Positions 39,824 through 51,943 of a stretch of DNA of 64,000 nucleotides are shown here, one piece after another; within the stretch, counting starts at the first letter, position 1, and every line of letters begins with the position of its first letter. This stretch comes from Nitrosopumilus sp. (lineage in GTDB: Archaea; Thermoproteota; Nitrososphaeria; Nitrososphaerales; Nitrosopumilaceae). Location: positions 192,001 through 256,000 of the forward strand of contig OY763927.2 in assembly GCA_963667665.2 (NCBI GenBank), written 5' to 3'. Position numbers and translations under genes: made by a program. Below the pieces are notes generated by a model, which was not told where the DNA came from, did not search any database, and worked only from the letters and a program-made list of their open reading frames with translations.

Positions 39824-40123
39824 TGTTTATCTGGACATAATACATAATCATTCTATTAAAAGATCTTTGTGATTTTTACAAGATTTTGATAATATATAAC
39901 TAAATTTTGTAACTCAATTAATTTTCTTAAGTTGTTATTTATTTTTTTAAATAACACTGTTTTATATCATAATTTAATAATATAAGATGTTATTACATGG
40001 TAAAAGATGTTGATGAAGAATATCTAAAAAGTACGCAGGAGTTATTCCTTGAACTATTTATGGATACAGACAAGATTCTAAAAAAAATCAAATATCGGAC
40101 ACGAAAATAAAGAATAAACAATT

Positions 40124-41401
40124 TTAACTCAAAATCACGCCTATATCCATAAGATTTGTGTGAGTAAAATCAGTTACAATACTTGCTTTTTGTTTTTGAA
40201 AGAATCTACCTGAATCACTATTTTTGAGAAACTCTTTCATTGTATCCAAATCAATCCTAATATTTTCTGTAATGGCTCCAGCAAAAACAGAATTTCCATC
40301 TATCCCATCAGTTCCAATTGATGCAATGACTATTTTTTTTAATTTTTGAGTGTTTTTTAAAATTCTTAAAACTAATTCTTGATTTCTTCCCCCCATTCCT
40401 TTTCCAATAACTCTGACTGTTGTCTCTCCACCAAAAATAAGACATGTTTTTTGATTCTCTGAAATGTTTTCAAGAATTTTTGTCACTGCATCTTTAATGT
40501 CTCCAAAAACCTGTATACTGGAAACTTGATATCCTATTTCTTTAGCTTTTTTTTGCATTGCTTCTAAGCAATCATTATTGTTTGCAATAATGTAATTTTC
40601 AATTTTTGCTTTCTTTGGTGTTTCTATGTTTTCTTTTATTTTACCGTTCTCTAAAGTTTGTAAAACTTCATCAGGCATTTTCCATTTTATTTTGTATTTT
40701 TCTATAATTTTTAATGCATCTGCATATGTAGTATCGTCCATGTGTGTTGTTCCTGATGCAATTGATGAAAGATCATCTCCTTCTACATCTGACATTATGA
40801 GGCCTATTCCTTGGCATTTCATATTTTCAACTAATTTACCTCCCTTGATTTTTGATAGATGTTTTCTAATACAATTAAACTCTTGAATTGTTGCACCTGA
40901 TTTTAATAACACAGTTGTAACATGAATTTTATCATCAAGTGTTATTTCATTTGGCATTGCAAGAAGTGATGATCCTCCTCCAGAAACAAGAAAAATTATT
41001 AATTCGTCACTTCGTTTATTTTGGACAAATTTCATTACTTCCTTTGCTGCCTTTACACTTGTCTTGTCTGGTTTTGGGTGCCTAGAATTAAAAATCTGAA
41101 ACTTTTTACCCTTAATTATTGACTTTGAGCCTTTTGGAATTACCACAATTCCACTTTTTATGGGAATTATTGCATTAAGTGTCCTTGTCATTGAATCTCC
41201 AGCTTTCCCAAATGCTACAGAATAGATATTTGAAAATTTTTCAATATTGATTGATTTGCCCCCAATCTTGATTTCATTAGGTGTAACATACTTTGGAATG
41301 ATGTTTTCTGGATTTGCTGCTTGAAGACCTGCTTCTAGAATTTCTAAACACTCCTTTTTCTTATCTGTAGTTGCTAAATCTTTGAAATTTTGTATAATCA
41401 T
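40124..41401 (-). CDS. glycerate 2-kinase (MOFRL family)
   Basis: FGKAG, SGGGSSL, RKHLSKIKGG, GGETTV, GGRNQE, GTDGIDG, TNLMD. Confidence 0.93.
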   Translation of the reverse strand: MIIQNFKDLATTDKKKECLEILEAGLQAANPENIIPKYVTPNEIKIGGKSINIEKFSNIYSVAFGKAGDSMTRTLNAIIPIKSGIVVIPKGSKSIIKGKKFQIFNSRHPKPDKTSVKAAKEVMKFVQNKRSDELIIFLVSGGGSSLLAMPNEITLDDKIHVTTVLLKSGATIQEFNCIRKHLSKIKGGKLVENMKCQGIGLIMSDVEGDDLSSIASGTTHMDDTTYADALKIIEKYKIKWKMPDEVLQTLENGKIKENIETPKKAKIENYIIANNNDCLEAMQKKAKEIGYQVSSIQVFGDIKDAVTKILENISENQKTCLIFGGETTVRVIGKGMGGRNQELVLRILKNTQKLKKIVIASIGTDGIDGNSVFAGAITENIRIDLDTMKEFLKNSDSGRFFQKQKASIVTDFTHTNLMDIGVILS

Positions 41402-41453
41402 ATTATTTTTTCATAATGTAAGATATAATAATAATCAATAATGTCTTTGACTT

Positions 41454-42398
41454 ATGCACACAATACGCATTCCAAAAGTTATCAACTTTGGAGAAGATGC
41501 ACTTGGTCAAACAGAGTATCCTAAAAATGCCCTTGTTGTCACAACAGTTCCTCCAGCACTTTCTGACAAATGGTTAGGAAAAATGGGAATTAAGGATTAC
41601 ATGTTGTATGATAAAGTAAAACCTGAACCATCAATTAATGATGTCAATACAGTAATTTCAGAATTCAAAGACAAAAAACCATCTGTTCTAATTGGATTAG
41701 GTGGTGGAAGTTCAATGGATGTAGTAAAATATGCTGCCCAGGATTTTGGAGTAGAAAAGATCTTAATTCCAACTACATTTGGAACTGGAGCTGAAATGAC
41801 AACTTATTGTGTTCTAAAATTTGATGGAAAAAAGAAATTGTTACACGAAGACAGATTCTTAGCTGACATGGCTGTAGTTGATTCATATTTTATGGATGGA
41901 ACTCCAGAACAAGTCCTCAAAAATTCTGTTTGTGATGCATGTGCTCAAGCTACTGAGGGCTATGATAGTAAACTTGGTAATGACTTGACTAGAACTCTAT
42001 GTAAACAAGCATTTGAGATTCTTTATGATGCAATAATGAATGACAAACCAGAGAACTATCCATATGGTTCAATGTTATCTGGAATGGGATTTGGAAATTG
42101 CTCTACAACACTTGGACATGCTTTGTCTTATGTATTCTCAAATGAAGATGTACCACATGGTTATTCACTATCTTCTTGTACTACAATTGCACACAAGCAT
42201 AACAAATCAATCTTCTATGATAGATTTAAAGAAGCAATGGAAAAACTTGGTTTTGATAAATTAGAACTCAAAGCTGATGTTTCAGAAGCTGCAGATGTTG
42301 TTATGACTGATAAAGGACATTTGGATCCAAACCCAATTCCAATATCAAAAGATGATGTTGTTAAATGTCTTGAAGGTATCAAAGCAGGTAATTTGTAA
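41454..42398 (+). CDS. iron-containing alcohol dehydrogenase family protein
   Basis: GLGGGSSMDVVK, IPTTFGTGAEMT, GHALS, HG. Confidence 0.9.
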   Translation: MHTIRIPKVINFGEDALGQTEYPKNALVVTTVPPALSDKWLGKMGIKDYMLYDKVKPEPSINDVNTVISEFKDKKPSVLIGLGGGSSMDVVKYAAQDFGVEKILIPTTFGTGAEMTTYCVLKFDGKKKLLHEDRFLADMAVVDSYFMDGTPEQVLKNSVCDACAQATEGYDSKLGNDLTRTLCKQAFEILYDAIMNDKPENYPYGSMLSGMGFGNCSTTLGHALSYVFSNEDVPHGYSLSSCTTIAHKHNKSIFYDRFKEAMEKLGFDKLELKADVSEAADVVMTDKGHLDPNPIPISKDDVVKCLEGIKAGNL

Positions 42399-42492
42399 AA
42401 AATTCAAATTTTTTTTACCTTTCTTCTATTTTCTTGAAAAACTGCGAAATGAGTAGCTAATTAAACTTATTTATCCTAATATTCTGTCGTAA

Positions 42493-43599
42493 TTGTACGT
42501 GACTGAAAAAAAGCTCAAATTTGGTATTCAAAACGGATTAAATGTTGCTAGAGCAGGATATACTGAAGACCAAATTCTAACAGCTTGTATACTTGCCGAT
42601 AAAACAGGTTATGATTCTATTTTCTATATGGACCATACCAATGTTCCACAATGGAAAAAAGCAATAGTTTTGGATCCTTGGGTGATGTTGTCTGCAATTG
42701 CTGCAGTTACACAGAATGTAGAACTAGGAACATGTGTAACTGATGCCATTAGAAGACATCCATCTAACATTGCACTAGCTGCTATTTCTCTTGATAGAGT
42801 TTCAAAAGGTAGAGCTATCCTTGGAATTGGTGCAGGTGAGGCTCAAAACCTAAAAGAATTTTGTATACCATTTGAAAAACCAGTTTCAAAATGGGCCGAA
42901 CAAATTGATGTTATTCATAAACTGTATGAATCAACACCTGATAATGTAGTAAGTTATGACGGAAAATATTACAAACTTGAAGGCGCATGTTTGCAAGCGC
43001 CCCCAATTAGAAAACCACGACCACCAACTTACATGGCAGCTGGTGGTAAACGTACACTAGCATTAACCGGAAAACTTGGTGATGGTTGGCTACCAATTGG
43101 TTATACTCCACTACTCTTTGAAGATCATAAAGCACAAATTGAAAAATCAATGAATGAAAATAATAGAACACAAGAAGAAAAAGACAACTTCCAATTTGCA
43201 CTTGATATTGATGTATATTTTTCTGAAGATGCAGAAGAATCGTGGGCAAAAATGAAAGAAGCAGTTAAAGTAAGTTTATTCAAGCCTGAAATCTTGAGAG
43301 TACATGGATTAAAAGAAATTGAGGGATTTGATTTTGTCAAATATTTTACAGAATATTCAATGTCTGATCAATCTTGGATAATAAAGATGAGAGAAGCTGC
43401 AACTAAGATGCCTGATGATGTTGCTCGTTCTTCAACTGCAATTGGCACTCCTGAAGATGTAATTCCAATATTTGAGCGATTCATGAAAGCTGGTGTTAAT
43501 CACTTTGTAATTAGATTTTGGGGAAAGAACTACTTTGGTTCTATTGACAAATTTGCAACTCATGTAATGCCAAAACTCAGAGAAATAGCCAAACAATAG
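42493..43599 (+). CDS. LLM-class (luciferase-like, probably F420-dependent) oxidoreductase
   Basis: DPWVMLSAIA, LGTCVT, RHP, GRAILGIGAG, GDGW. Confidence 0.9.
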   Translation: MYVTEKKLKFGIQNGLNVARAGYTEDQILTACILADKTGYDSIFYMDHTNVPQWKKAIVLDPWVMLSAIAAVTQNVELGTCVTDAIRRHPSNIALAAISLDRVSKGRAILGIGAGEAQNLKEFCIPFEKPVSKWAEQIDVIHKLYESTPDNVVSYDGKYYKLEGACLQAPPIRKPRPPTYMAAGGKRTLALTGKLGDGWLPIGYTPLLFEDHKAQIEKSMNENNRTQEEKDNFQFALDIDVYFSEDAEESWAKMKEAVKVSLFKPEILRVHGLKEIEGFDFVKYFTEYSMSDQSWIIKMREAATKMPDDVARSSTAIGTPEDVIPIFERFMKAGVNHFVIRFWGKNYFGSIDKFATHVMPKLREIAKQ

Positions 43600-43640
43600 G
43601 GCGTTCTATTCTATTACATACAGAAAATCATTTACTTTAC

Positions 43641-43889
43641 TTGTTTATAGTAGATATGATGGATGACGATATCCCTGAGGCAGTAAAAAAATGTCTTGAT
43701 ATTTTAGAAGAAAATGCTGAAATCTTGACAAATCTTGAATTTGATTTAGAATCTGAGAAAGAAGATGAATTGATTCCAAACATGGAACTTCATCAGCTAT
43801 TTGATTTGACTGAAGATGTTTCTGAATCAGCAAAACTCAAACGTGCAGAATCCAATCTAATGAGAAGACAAACTGAAGATTCTTTTTAA
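43641..43889 (+). CDS. hypothetical acidic protein
   Basis: short ORF with plausible codon usage. Confidence 0.55.
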   Translation: MFIVDMMDDDIPEAVKKCLDILEENAEILTNLEFDLESEKEDELIPNMELHQLFDLTEDVSESAKLKRAESNLMRRQTEDSF

Positions 43890-43890
43890 T

Positions 43891-44310
43891 TTATGATTTG
43901 TGTGGTCTTCTGTTTTTTGCTTTTGTAAATGATTTAGCTTTTCTTTTGTTTCGTTGTTTTGCTAATCTTTTCCTTGTACGTTCTTTGGATTTTGTTTCAC
44001 CTTGAATGATTTTTGTTTTGCTTCCATCTCTTAGCATAATTTCTTTTCCTTTGAATCTAAATTCTACATCTCTACATTTGATATAGTATTTTTTGAGACA
44101 AAAAAATATTCTATTATTTGTCCCATGCATATCTTTGACTTCTTTTGATTTTTTTAGCTCAGTGATAATATTTCGAAGTAAACCTTTGTCAATATCTGTA
44201 ATTCTATGTAGTTCTCTAAACCAGATGAATCTTGAATTAGAACCCCATTCTTCTAGAATATCTAAAACTTGTTCTGTTGTCTTTTCTTGTTCCATGTCTA
44301 TCTTATGCAT
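43891..44310 (-). CDS. hypothetical basic protein, wHTH-like N-terminus
   Basis: WFRELHRITDIDKGLLRNIITEL; Lys/Arg-rich tail. Confidence 0.6.
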   Translation of the reverse strand: MHKIDMEQEKTTEQVLDILEEWGSNSRFIWFRELHRITDIDKGLLRNIITELKKSKEVKDMHGTNNRIFFCLKKYYIKCRDVEFRFKGKEIMLRDGSKTKIIQGETKSKERTRKRLAKQRNKRKAKSFTKAKNRRPHKS

Positions 44311-44634
44311 AAATTGTCTAGCATTATTCCTATATTTTATCAGTTTTCATTAATGGAAAGTTTGAATGATACAAGTCAAGTTTTTGAATGTTCTTCCTTT
44401 TTGATTATTTTTGTAATGATTACCTGTGAGCACAGAATTAAAAAATGAATGCACAGAATTGGAATGCAGAATTTTAGAAATCAAAGCATTGGCAAAAGAA
44501 CTAGATGCCGATAATTAGAATTATTTTTTGATTTAGACAGTTTTCTTCAAGTTTTTGTATGTTTTTTTATTTACTTCCTGTATAATTTTGAGTATTTGTA
44601 CTCTAGATTTATAAAATGATTTTTTATAATTTAG

Positions 44635-45270
44635 ATGTTGCAACTAATTGGAATCTTAAAAATTAATTCATTTGAAAAAATTAAAGATTTTCTTAATCAA
44701 GAACATGTTGGCAGAATTTCAAGCATTGATGAAAATGGGTTTCCTCAAATAATTCCAATGAATTTTGTTTTTCTAAATGATGCAATCTATATCCATTCTC
44801 ATGTCAAAGGTGAAAAATTGAATAATATTTCTCGTAACAACAAAGTAGGTTTTGAAGCAGACAGAGAGCTAGAATTTCTCCCTTCTTATTTTGAGGATCC
44901 ATATAATGCATCTCTAGCAGATACTTTGTACATCAGTGTTGTAATCAAAGGAATTGCTTCTTTTGTTACTGATAGAGAAGAAAAAACACTTGCACTCAAT
45001 GGATTAATGGAAAAATATCAACCTGAGGGGCAATATGACCCAATTAAATCTGATATGCGAGTTTTGGATGCTGTTATTGTGATCAAAATAGTTCCAGAAA
45101 CCATACATGGTAAATACAAAATTGGTCAAGACATGAATCCTGTAGATAGAATGGATTTAGCACAAAAGATTTTGAAAAGAAATTCTCTATCATCAAAACA
45201 AACTTTGAAACTTATGGGTTTTGAAGAAACTGATGATGGTCTAAGAATGGTTGATGAACCTGTATGGTAA
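44635..45270 (+). CDS. pyridoxamine 5'-phosphate oxidase-like flavin-binding protein
   Basis: GRISSIDENGFPQIIPMNFV, IYIHS..GEK, YISVVIKG. Confidence 0.85.
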   Translation: MLQLIGILKINSFEKIKDFLNQEHVGRISSIDENGFPQIIPMNFVFLNDAIYIHSHVKGEKLNNISRNNKVGFEADRELEFLPSYFEDPYNASLADTLYISVVIKGIASFVTDREEKTLALNGLMEKYQPEGQYDPIKSDMRVLDAVIVIKIVPETIHGKYKIGQDMNPVDRMDLAQKILKRNSLSSKQTLKLMGFEETDDGLRMVDEPVW

Positions 45271-45579
45271 TCTTTGTTTGATGTTATTATTTTCTAAAAT
45301 TCTGTTTTACTGAGAATTACTCCTTATTTTGGTATGTTGTGGATCATTTTTTATCACTTGACTGACTATCTTTTTTTAAATCGTCATTGTATTCTTTAAA
45401 ACACTTCATGGAGCAAAACTTTATGTTATCTCCCAAAAATATTTTTCCACAATTAATACAATCCATATCTTCTATACTAAAAAATGATGGAATCTGTTGT
45501 TTAAATTATGATATAATGTCATCTATTGGGTATTTCGATATCCGTTAGCTATAAGTTCAGTTTTTGAGAATCTTATCTA

Positions 45580-47532
45580 TTGGCACAAATATCACAATTT
45601 GAACTAGTATCTGATTTTGAACCTACTGGAGATCAACCACAAGCAATTGATGCACTAGTTGAAGGTGTTAACAAAGGAACAATTCAAACTTTACTTGGTG
45701 TCACAGGAAGTGGTAAGACTTTCTCAGTTGCAAATGTTATCGCCAGGACTGGCAAAAACACTTTGGTAATATCTCATAACAAAACTCTTGCGGCACAGCT
45801 TTATTCAGAATTAAAACAATTTTTTCCAAAAAATAATGTTGGATATTTTGTTTCATACTATGATTACTATCAACCAGAAAGTTATCTTCCTCAAACAGAT
45901 ACCTATATCGAAAAAGATACCCAAATCAACGAGAAAATTGAAAAACTAAGACTAGAGGCAACTGCAATGCTACTTTCAGGAGAGCCTACAATAATTATAT
46001 CGACAGTTTCTTGTATCTATTCTCTTGGTAATCCTAGAGATTGGGATGATTTAGCAATAACAATTAACACTAGTGATAAAATTAGACGAAATGAAATCAT
46101 TCGAAAATTTATTGATGCTAGATATGAAAGAAATGATACAGAGGTTGCACCAGGAAACTTTCGAGTTAAAGGCGATACAATTGATGTTACTCCTGCATAT
46201 TCTGAAGATTTAGTTAGAATTTCTCTATTTGGTGATGAAGTAGAAAAAATTACTATACTTGATCATGTATCGCTAAAAGAAAAGAAAAAAATCTCACAAA
46301 TTAAAATTTTTCCTGCAAAACATTATCTTATTGCAAAAGATGTTAGAGAAAAAGCTGTCAAATCTATAAAAGAAGAATTGAAAAAATGCTTACCTGAATT
46401 AAATGAATTAGAAAATCAAAGACTTGAGATGCGAACAAAATATGATTTAGAGATGATTGAAGAATTAGGTTATTGTTCAGGAATTGAAAATTATTCCAGG
46501 CATTTTGATGGAAGAAAAGCTGGAGAAAAAGCATTTTGTTTGATGGATTTTTTTGGAGATGATTATCTTTTGGTAATTGATGAATCCCACGTATCCCTAC
46601 CACAACTTCATGGAATGTACAAAGGTGATTATTCCCGAAAAAAAGAATTAGTAACTTATGGATTTAGACTTCCAAGTGCATATGACAATCGCCCATTGAA
46701 ATTCGAAGAGTTTGAAGAGTACATTAAAAATACGATATTTGTATCTGCAACTCCTTCTGAATATGAGCGGAAAATATCCTCAAAAATTGCAGAACAACTA
46801 GTCCGACCTACTGGTTTGCTTGATCCAAATGTTGAGATTAGGTCCACTAAAGGCCAACTCGATGATTTAATCCAAGAAATCAACAAAAGAGTGGACAATT
46901 CTGAGCGTGTTTTAGTTACTACATTAACCAAAAGAATGGCCGAAGATTTGGCTGAATATCTATCAAAAAAACAAGTTAGAGTGCGCTACATGCATTCAGA
47001 AATTGATGGGTTGCAAAGAACTGAAATAATCAGGCAATTACGTTTAGGAGAATTCGATGTTCTTGTTGGAATTAATCTTCTACGAGAAGGATTAGATATT
47101 CCTGAAGTCTCATTGGTGGCAATTTTGGATGCTGACAAGGAAGGATTTTTGAGAAACTTTACCAGTCTAATTCAAACATTTGGTCGTGCTTCAAGAAATG
47201 TACATGGAGCTGTGATAATGTATGCTGATAATATTACAAAATCCATGAAAACTGCCATAGATGAAACTAATCGTCGTAGAGAAAAGCAAATGAAATACAA
47301 TCAAGAACATGATATTACCCCTACAACAATAATAAAATCAGTTCCAGAACAAGAAACAATGTTAGATGAATCAAAACTCAAATCAACTTATGATCTTACC
47401 ACTGATATTATTGATTTAGAAGTACAAATGAAAAAATATTCTGAGGATTTAGACTTTGAACGAGCAATAGAATGCCGAGATAGAATAAAAAGACTAGAAA
47501 GGGAGGTTCAATTAAAAAATGCAAGAAAATAA
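45580..47532 (+). CDS. uvrB: excinuclease ABC subunit B
   Basis: PTGDQP, LGVTGSGKT, YFVSYYDYYQPE, DESH, GINLLREGLD. Confidence 0.97.
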   Translation: MAQISQFELVSDFEPTGDQPQAIDALVEGVNKGTIQTLLGVTGSGKTFSVANVIARTGKNTLVISHNKTLAAQLYSELKQFFPKNNVGYFVSYYDYYQPESYLPQTDTYIEKDTQINEKIEKLRLEATAMLLSGEPTIIISTVSCIYSLGNPRDWDDLAITINTSDKIRRNEIIRKFIDARYERNDTEVAPGNFRVKGDTIDVTPAYSEDLVRISLFGDEVEKITILDHVSLKEKKKISQIKIFPAKHYLIAKDVREKAVKSIKEELKKCLPELNELENQRLEMRTKYDLEMIEELGYCSGIENYSRHFDGRKAGEKAFCLMDFFGDDYLLVIDESHVSLPQLHGMYKGDYSRKKELVTYGFRLPSAYDNRPLKFEEFEEYIKNTIFVSATPSEYERKISSKIAEQLVRPTGLLDPNVEIRSTKGQLDDLIQEINKRVDNSERVLVTTLTKRMAEDLAEYLSKKQVRVRYMHSEIDGLQRTEIIRQLRLGEFDVLVGINLLREGLDIPEVSLVAILDADKEGFLRNFTSLIQTFGRASRNVHGAVIMYADNITKSMKTAIDETNRRREKQMKYNQEHDITPTTIIKSVPEQETMLDESKLKSTYDLTTDIIDLEVQMKKYSEDLDFERAIECRDRIKRLEREVQLKNARK

Positions 47533-50338
47533 GCTAAAGATTCGTGGAGCACGACATCATAATCTAAAAAATCTAGATATTGATATTCCAAAAAATAAAC
47601 TAGTTGTCATTAGTGGTTTATCTGGTTCTGGAAAATCAACTTTGGCTTTTGATACTATTTATGCTGAAGGTCAGAGAAGATATGTTGAATCTCTATCTGC
47701 ATATGCACGTCAATTTTTAGAATTGATGGACAAGCCTGATGTTGATTCTATTGAAGGATTATCTCCTGCAATTTCTATTCAACAAAAAACTACTAACAAA
47801 AATCCACGTTCTACTGTAGGTACCACTACTGAAATTTTTGATTACATGAGATTGCTTTTTGCAAGGATTGGAATTCCTTATTGTACAAATTGTAATAGAA
47901 AAATTTCTACCCAATCTATTGAAACAATTTGTGATTCTGTTCTCAAAGATTTTAAAGGAAAAAAAATCCTTATTCTATCTCCAATAATTCAGAGAAAAAA
48001 AGGAACATATGAAAAATTATTTGAACAAATCAAAAAAGATGGATACTCTAGAATACGCCTAAATGGCGAAATTTTGAGCCTAGATGATGAGATTCCTCCA
48101 TTAGACAGGCAAAAATGGCATAATATTGAGATTGTAGTTGATAGAATTAAAACTGAAAAATCTGAAAGATCAAGACTCTTTGAGGCAATTCAAACTGCAA
48201 TTAAAGCATCAAAGGGAGATGTAATGATTGCATTTGAAAAAACAGAAAAAATTTTCTCACAAAACAATGCATGTCCTTATTGTGGATTAACTATAGGTGA
48301 TCTAGAACCTCGAACCTTTTCTTTTAATTCTCCATTTGGAATGTGCAAAACATGTAATGGATTGGGTGTGAAGATGGAGTTTGATTCTGATTTAGTAATT
48401 CCTGATAAAACCAAATCAATTTTAGATGGTGCTATTGTTCCATGGAGTGGACGGTTTTCTTCATTTCGAAGACAAGCATTAAGAGCTGTTGGAAAGAAAT
48501 TTGGTTTTGATTTAATGACTCCAATTGAAAAAATAAAATCAAAACATCTAAAAATTATATTACATGGAACAGATGATTTGATTGATTTTAAATATAGGTC
48601 AAAGTCCGGTGATTCGTCTTGGGAATATACCAATGCATTTGAAGGCGTACTTGCTAACTTACAACGTGTCTTTATGGAGACTGAATCTGAATCAAAACGT
48701 GAGTGGTTAAAGCAATTCATGCGAGATACTCCATGTAATACATGTGATGGAAAAAAACTAAAACCAGAATCACTTGCAGTAAAAATCAACGGCAAAGGAA
48801 TCATAGATGTTTGTGATTTATCCATTGATCACTGTTATGATTTTTTTTCTACATTGAAATTGACTGAAAATGAACAATACATTGCAAGAGATATTCTCAA
48901 AGAGATCAAAGAACGTCTTGAATTTCTAATGAATGTTGGATTAAATTATCTTACATTAAACAGATCAAGTTCCACTTTATCTGGTGGTGAATCCCAACGA
49001 ATCAGATTGGCAACTCAGATTGGGTCTAATCTGACTGGTGTTTTGTATGTCCTTGATGAACCAACCATTGGATTACATCAACGTGATAATGAAAGACTCA
49101 TTAAAACGCTAACAAAGCTACGAAACCTTGGAAATACTGTAATTGTTGTAGAACATGACGAAGAAATTATACGAAATTCGGACTGGCTAATAGATTTAGG
49201 TCCTGGTGCTGGTGTGCATGGAGGAAATATAGTTTTTGAGGGAACAGTAGACAAAATCCTTAATGGACATAAATCAGTTACAGGCGATTACCTAAAAGAT
49301 AAATCTTTGATACATTTGAAAAATAAAATTCGTAATCGTGCTGGCTCATTAATTATTACTAAAGCATCAGAAAATAATCTCAAAGAAATTGATGTTGAAA
49401 TTCCACTAGGTCTTTTTGTAGCTGTAACTGGTGTTTCAGGTTCTGGAAAGTCTACTCTGATTAATGATGTCTTACTTAAAACATTGGAAAATCATTTTTA
49501 CAAATCAAATGTAAGACCAGGAAATCACAAAGAGATTGTTGGTTTAGAAAATATTGATAAAGTAATTGCAATTGATCAATCACCAATTGGTAGAACCCCA
49601 CGTTCAAATCCTGCAACATACATTGGAGCCTTTACTCATATTCGAGAACTTTATTCAAATACTGAATTATCAAAAGAACGTGGATATGCTCCAGGACAAT
49701 TTTCATTTAATGTGGCTGTTGGAAGATGTTTTGCTTGTGATGGTGATGGAGTAAAACAAATTGAAATGCAATTTCTGTCTGATGTATATGTAAAATGTGA
49801 TGAATGTAAAGGAAAAAGATACAACTCTGAAACACTATCTGTCTTATTCAAGGGTAAAAACATCTCCGATATTTTAGATATGACCGTTTATGAGGCACTG
49901 AATTTCTTTGAAAATATTCCATCAATTAAACGAAAATTACAGACAGTTTATGATGTTGGGTTGGGTTATATCAAACTGGGGCAATCATCCACTACATTAT
50001 CTGGTGGTGAAGCTCAAAGAGTAAAACTTGCCTCTGAGTTATCAAAACGAGGTACTGGAAAGACACTCTACATCTTAGATGAGCCTACTACCGGTTTGCA
50101 TTTTGCAGATGTTCAAAAATTATTAGATGTACTTAACAGACTAGTGAATTTGGGAAATACAGTAATAGTAATTGAGCATAACATGGATGTGATCAAGAAT
50201 TCTGATTGGTTGATTGATCTAGGGCCAGAAGGTGGTGATGAAGGAGGCAGAGTTGTATGTACTGGAACCCCACAAGATGTTGCAAAGGCACCAGGAAGCT
50301 ATACTGGAAGATATTTGAAAAAATTATTAAAAAAATGA
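47519..50338 (+). CDS. uvrA: excinuclease ABC subunit A
   Basis: two ABC modules (GLSGSGKS / [13 protein letters not shown] x2) and Zn fingers. Confidence 0.97.
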   Translation: MQENKLKIRGARHHNLKNLDIDIPKNKLVVISGLSGSGKSTLAFDTIYAEGQRRYVESLSAYARQFLELMDKPDVDSIEGLSPAISIQQKTTNKNPRSTVGTTTEIFDYMRLLFARIGIPYCTNCNRKISTQSIETICDSVLKDFKGKKILILSPIIQRKKGTYEKLFEQIKKDGYSRIRLNGEILSLDDEIPPLDRQKWHNIEIVVDRIKTEKSERSRLFEAIQTAIKASKGDVMIAFEKTEKIFSQNNACPYCGLTIGDLEPRTFSFNSPFGMCKTCNGLGVKMEFDSDLVIPDKTKSILDGAIVPWSGRFSSFRRQALRAVGKKFGFDLMTPIEKIKSKHLKIILHGTDDLIDFKYRSKSGDSSWEYTNAFEGVLANLQRVFMETESESKREWLKQFMRDTPCNTCDGKKLKPESLAVKINGKGIIDVCDLSIDHCYDFFSTLKLTENEQYIARDILKEIKERLEFLMNVGLNYLTLNRSSSTLSGGESQRIRLATQIGSNLTGVLYVLDEPTIGLHQRDNERLIKTLTKLRNLGNTVIVVEHDEEIIRNSDWLIDLGPGAGVHGGNIVFEGTVDKILNGHKSVTGDYLKDKSLIHLKNKIRNRAGSLIITKASENNLKEIDVEIPLGLFVAVTGVSGSGKSTLINDVLLKTLENHFYKSNVRPGNHKEIVGLENIDKVIAIDQSPIGRTPRSNPATYIGAFTHIRELYSNTELSKERGYAPGQFSFNVAVGRCFACDGDGVKQIEMQFLSDVYVKCDECKGKRYNSETLSVLFKGKNISDILDMTVYEALNFFENIPSIKRKLQTVYDVGLGYIKLGQSSTTLSGGEAQRVKLASELSKRGTGKTLYILDEPTTGLHFADVQKLLDVLNRLVNLGNTVIVIEHNMDVIKNSDWLIDLGPEGGDEGGRVVCTGTPQDVAKAPGSYTGRYLKKLLKK

Positions 50339-51921
50339 CTTTTCAGATTTCAAAAATTACAATCCCTACTAATCCTGGAATCTATTTGATGAAAGATTCT
50401 GGTGAAAAAATTATCTATATTGGAAAAGCAAAGAATCTAAAAAATCGCGTTAAATCATATTTTCTCAAAAACCAGAATTACAAGACTCAGAAATTAGTCG
50501 AAAACATTTCAGATATTGAATTTATTTTGACTGATAATGAGAGTGAGGCTTTTCTTTTAGAATCAAATATGATTAAAAAATATCGTCCAAGATTTAATAT
50601 TGAATTAAAAGATCAACAAAGATACACGTATCTTCGAGTCTCTGATGAAAAATATCCGAGACTATTAGTGACAAGAAGAACTAGGGATGGAAAATTTTTA
50701 GGTAAAGGAAAAACTTTTGGCCCTTTCACTCAAGGTAGCTCAAAATTACTCACAATTGGTACATTAAGAAAAGCATTCCAAATTAGAATTTGTAAAACTC
50801 TACCAAAAAAAGTATGTCTAGAATATCATTTAGGAAATTGTGAAGGTCCATGTGAATTCAAAGATGCAGAAGAAAGATACCCAAAACATATTTCTGCATT
50901 AGAAGAAGTCCTAAAAGGTAAAAATCAGACCAAAATTTTTACAAAAAAATTAGAAGAAGAAATGCATCAGGCGGCCAAAATCCAACAATTTGAGCGTGCA
51001 AAAGACATACGGGATACTTTGATTCGACTTGGAAGTCTTCAAACTAAGCAAAACATGGAATATGTTAAAAATTCTGATGAGGAATATTTTGGAATTGGTA
51101 TTAAAGAACAAACTGCCACAGTTATGAATTTTAGAATGATTAATGGAGTGATTAGAGATAGTGATAAATTCTTTTTTGATCTAGTTGGAGATAATTCTTT
51201 TTCAAACTTTCTTTATCAGTATTATTCTACACATAAAATTCCAAAATTTATTCTTGTTAATGTACTTCCTAATAATCAAAAATTATTGGAATCATTACTT
51301 TCAGTGCAATCTGGGTTTACTGTGAAAATCTTGAAACCAAATAAAGGAAAGAAAAGAGATATCATAAATTTAATCTTGAAAAACATCAAATTAATTCATT
51401 CAAAAGGAGGAGAACCTGGACTAGTTGAATTAAAAGAAATTCTAAACCTACCTGAAATTCCTAATGTCATTGAATGTTTTGATATTTCAAATCATGGTGC
51501 AGACTTTGCAGTAGGTTCAATGTCTAGATTTGTAGATGGAAAGCCAAACAAATCAGGATATAGAAAATTCAAAATTAAAACAGTATCTGGACGAGATGAT
51601 TTTGCAATGATTGGAGAAATCATTAAAAGAAGATATTATAGATTACTAGAAGAGCATTCTGAACTCCCTGATTTGATACTAATTGATGGCGGCAAAGGAC
51701 AACTAAATGCAGCTATGAAATCTTTAGAATCTCTTGGATTGAAACTTTCGTGTATTTCTTTAGCCAAAGAAAATGAAGAAGTCTATATTCCAAAAAATAA
51801 AAATCCAATAATAATTCCAAAAAAGCAATCATCTTTGAAAATTTTACAATATGCCCGAGATGAATCCCATAGATTTGGGGTGGCATATAATAGAACCATT
51901 CAAAAAAATCAAATAAAATAA
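50335..51921 (+). CDS. uvrC: excinuclease ABC subunit C
   Basis: GIY-YIG (PGIYLMKD..IYIGKAKNL), IECFDISN, IDGGKGQ, RDESHRF; likely start ATG 50335 overlapping the uvrA stop. Confidence 0.95.
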   Translation: MTFQISKITIPTNPGIYLMKDSGEKIIYIGKAKNLKNRVKSYFLKNQNYKTQKLVENISDIEFILTDNESEAFLLESNMIKKYRPRFNIELKDQQRYTYLRVSDEKYPRLLVTRRTRDGKFLGKGKTFGPFTQGSSKLLTIGTLRKAFQIRICKTLPKKVCLEYHLGNCEGPCEFKDAEERYPKHISALEEVLKGKNQTKIFTKKLEEEMHQAAKIQQFERAKDIRDTLIRLGSLQTKQNMEYVKNSDEEYFGIGIKEQTATVMNFRMINGVIRDSDKFFFDLVGDNSFSNFLYQYYSTHKIPKFILVNVLPNNQKLLESLLSVQSGFTVKILKPNKGKKRDIINLILKNIKLIHSKGGEPGLVELKEILNLPEIPNVIECFDISNHGADFAVGSMSRFVDGKPNKSGYRKFKIKTVSGRDDFAMIGEIIKRRYYRLLEEHSELPDLILIDGGKGQLNAAMKSLESLGLKLSCISLAKENEEVYIPKNKNPIIIPKKQSSLKILQYARDESHRFGVAYNRTIQKNQIK

Positions 51922-51943
51922 GAAAAAAGGAAATTTTTTTTGG

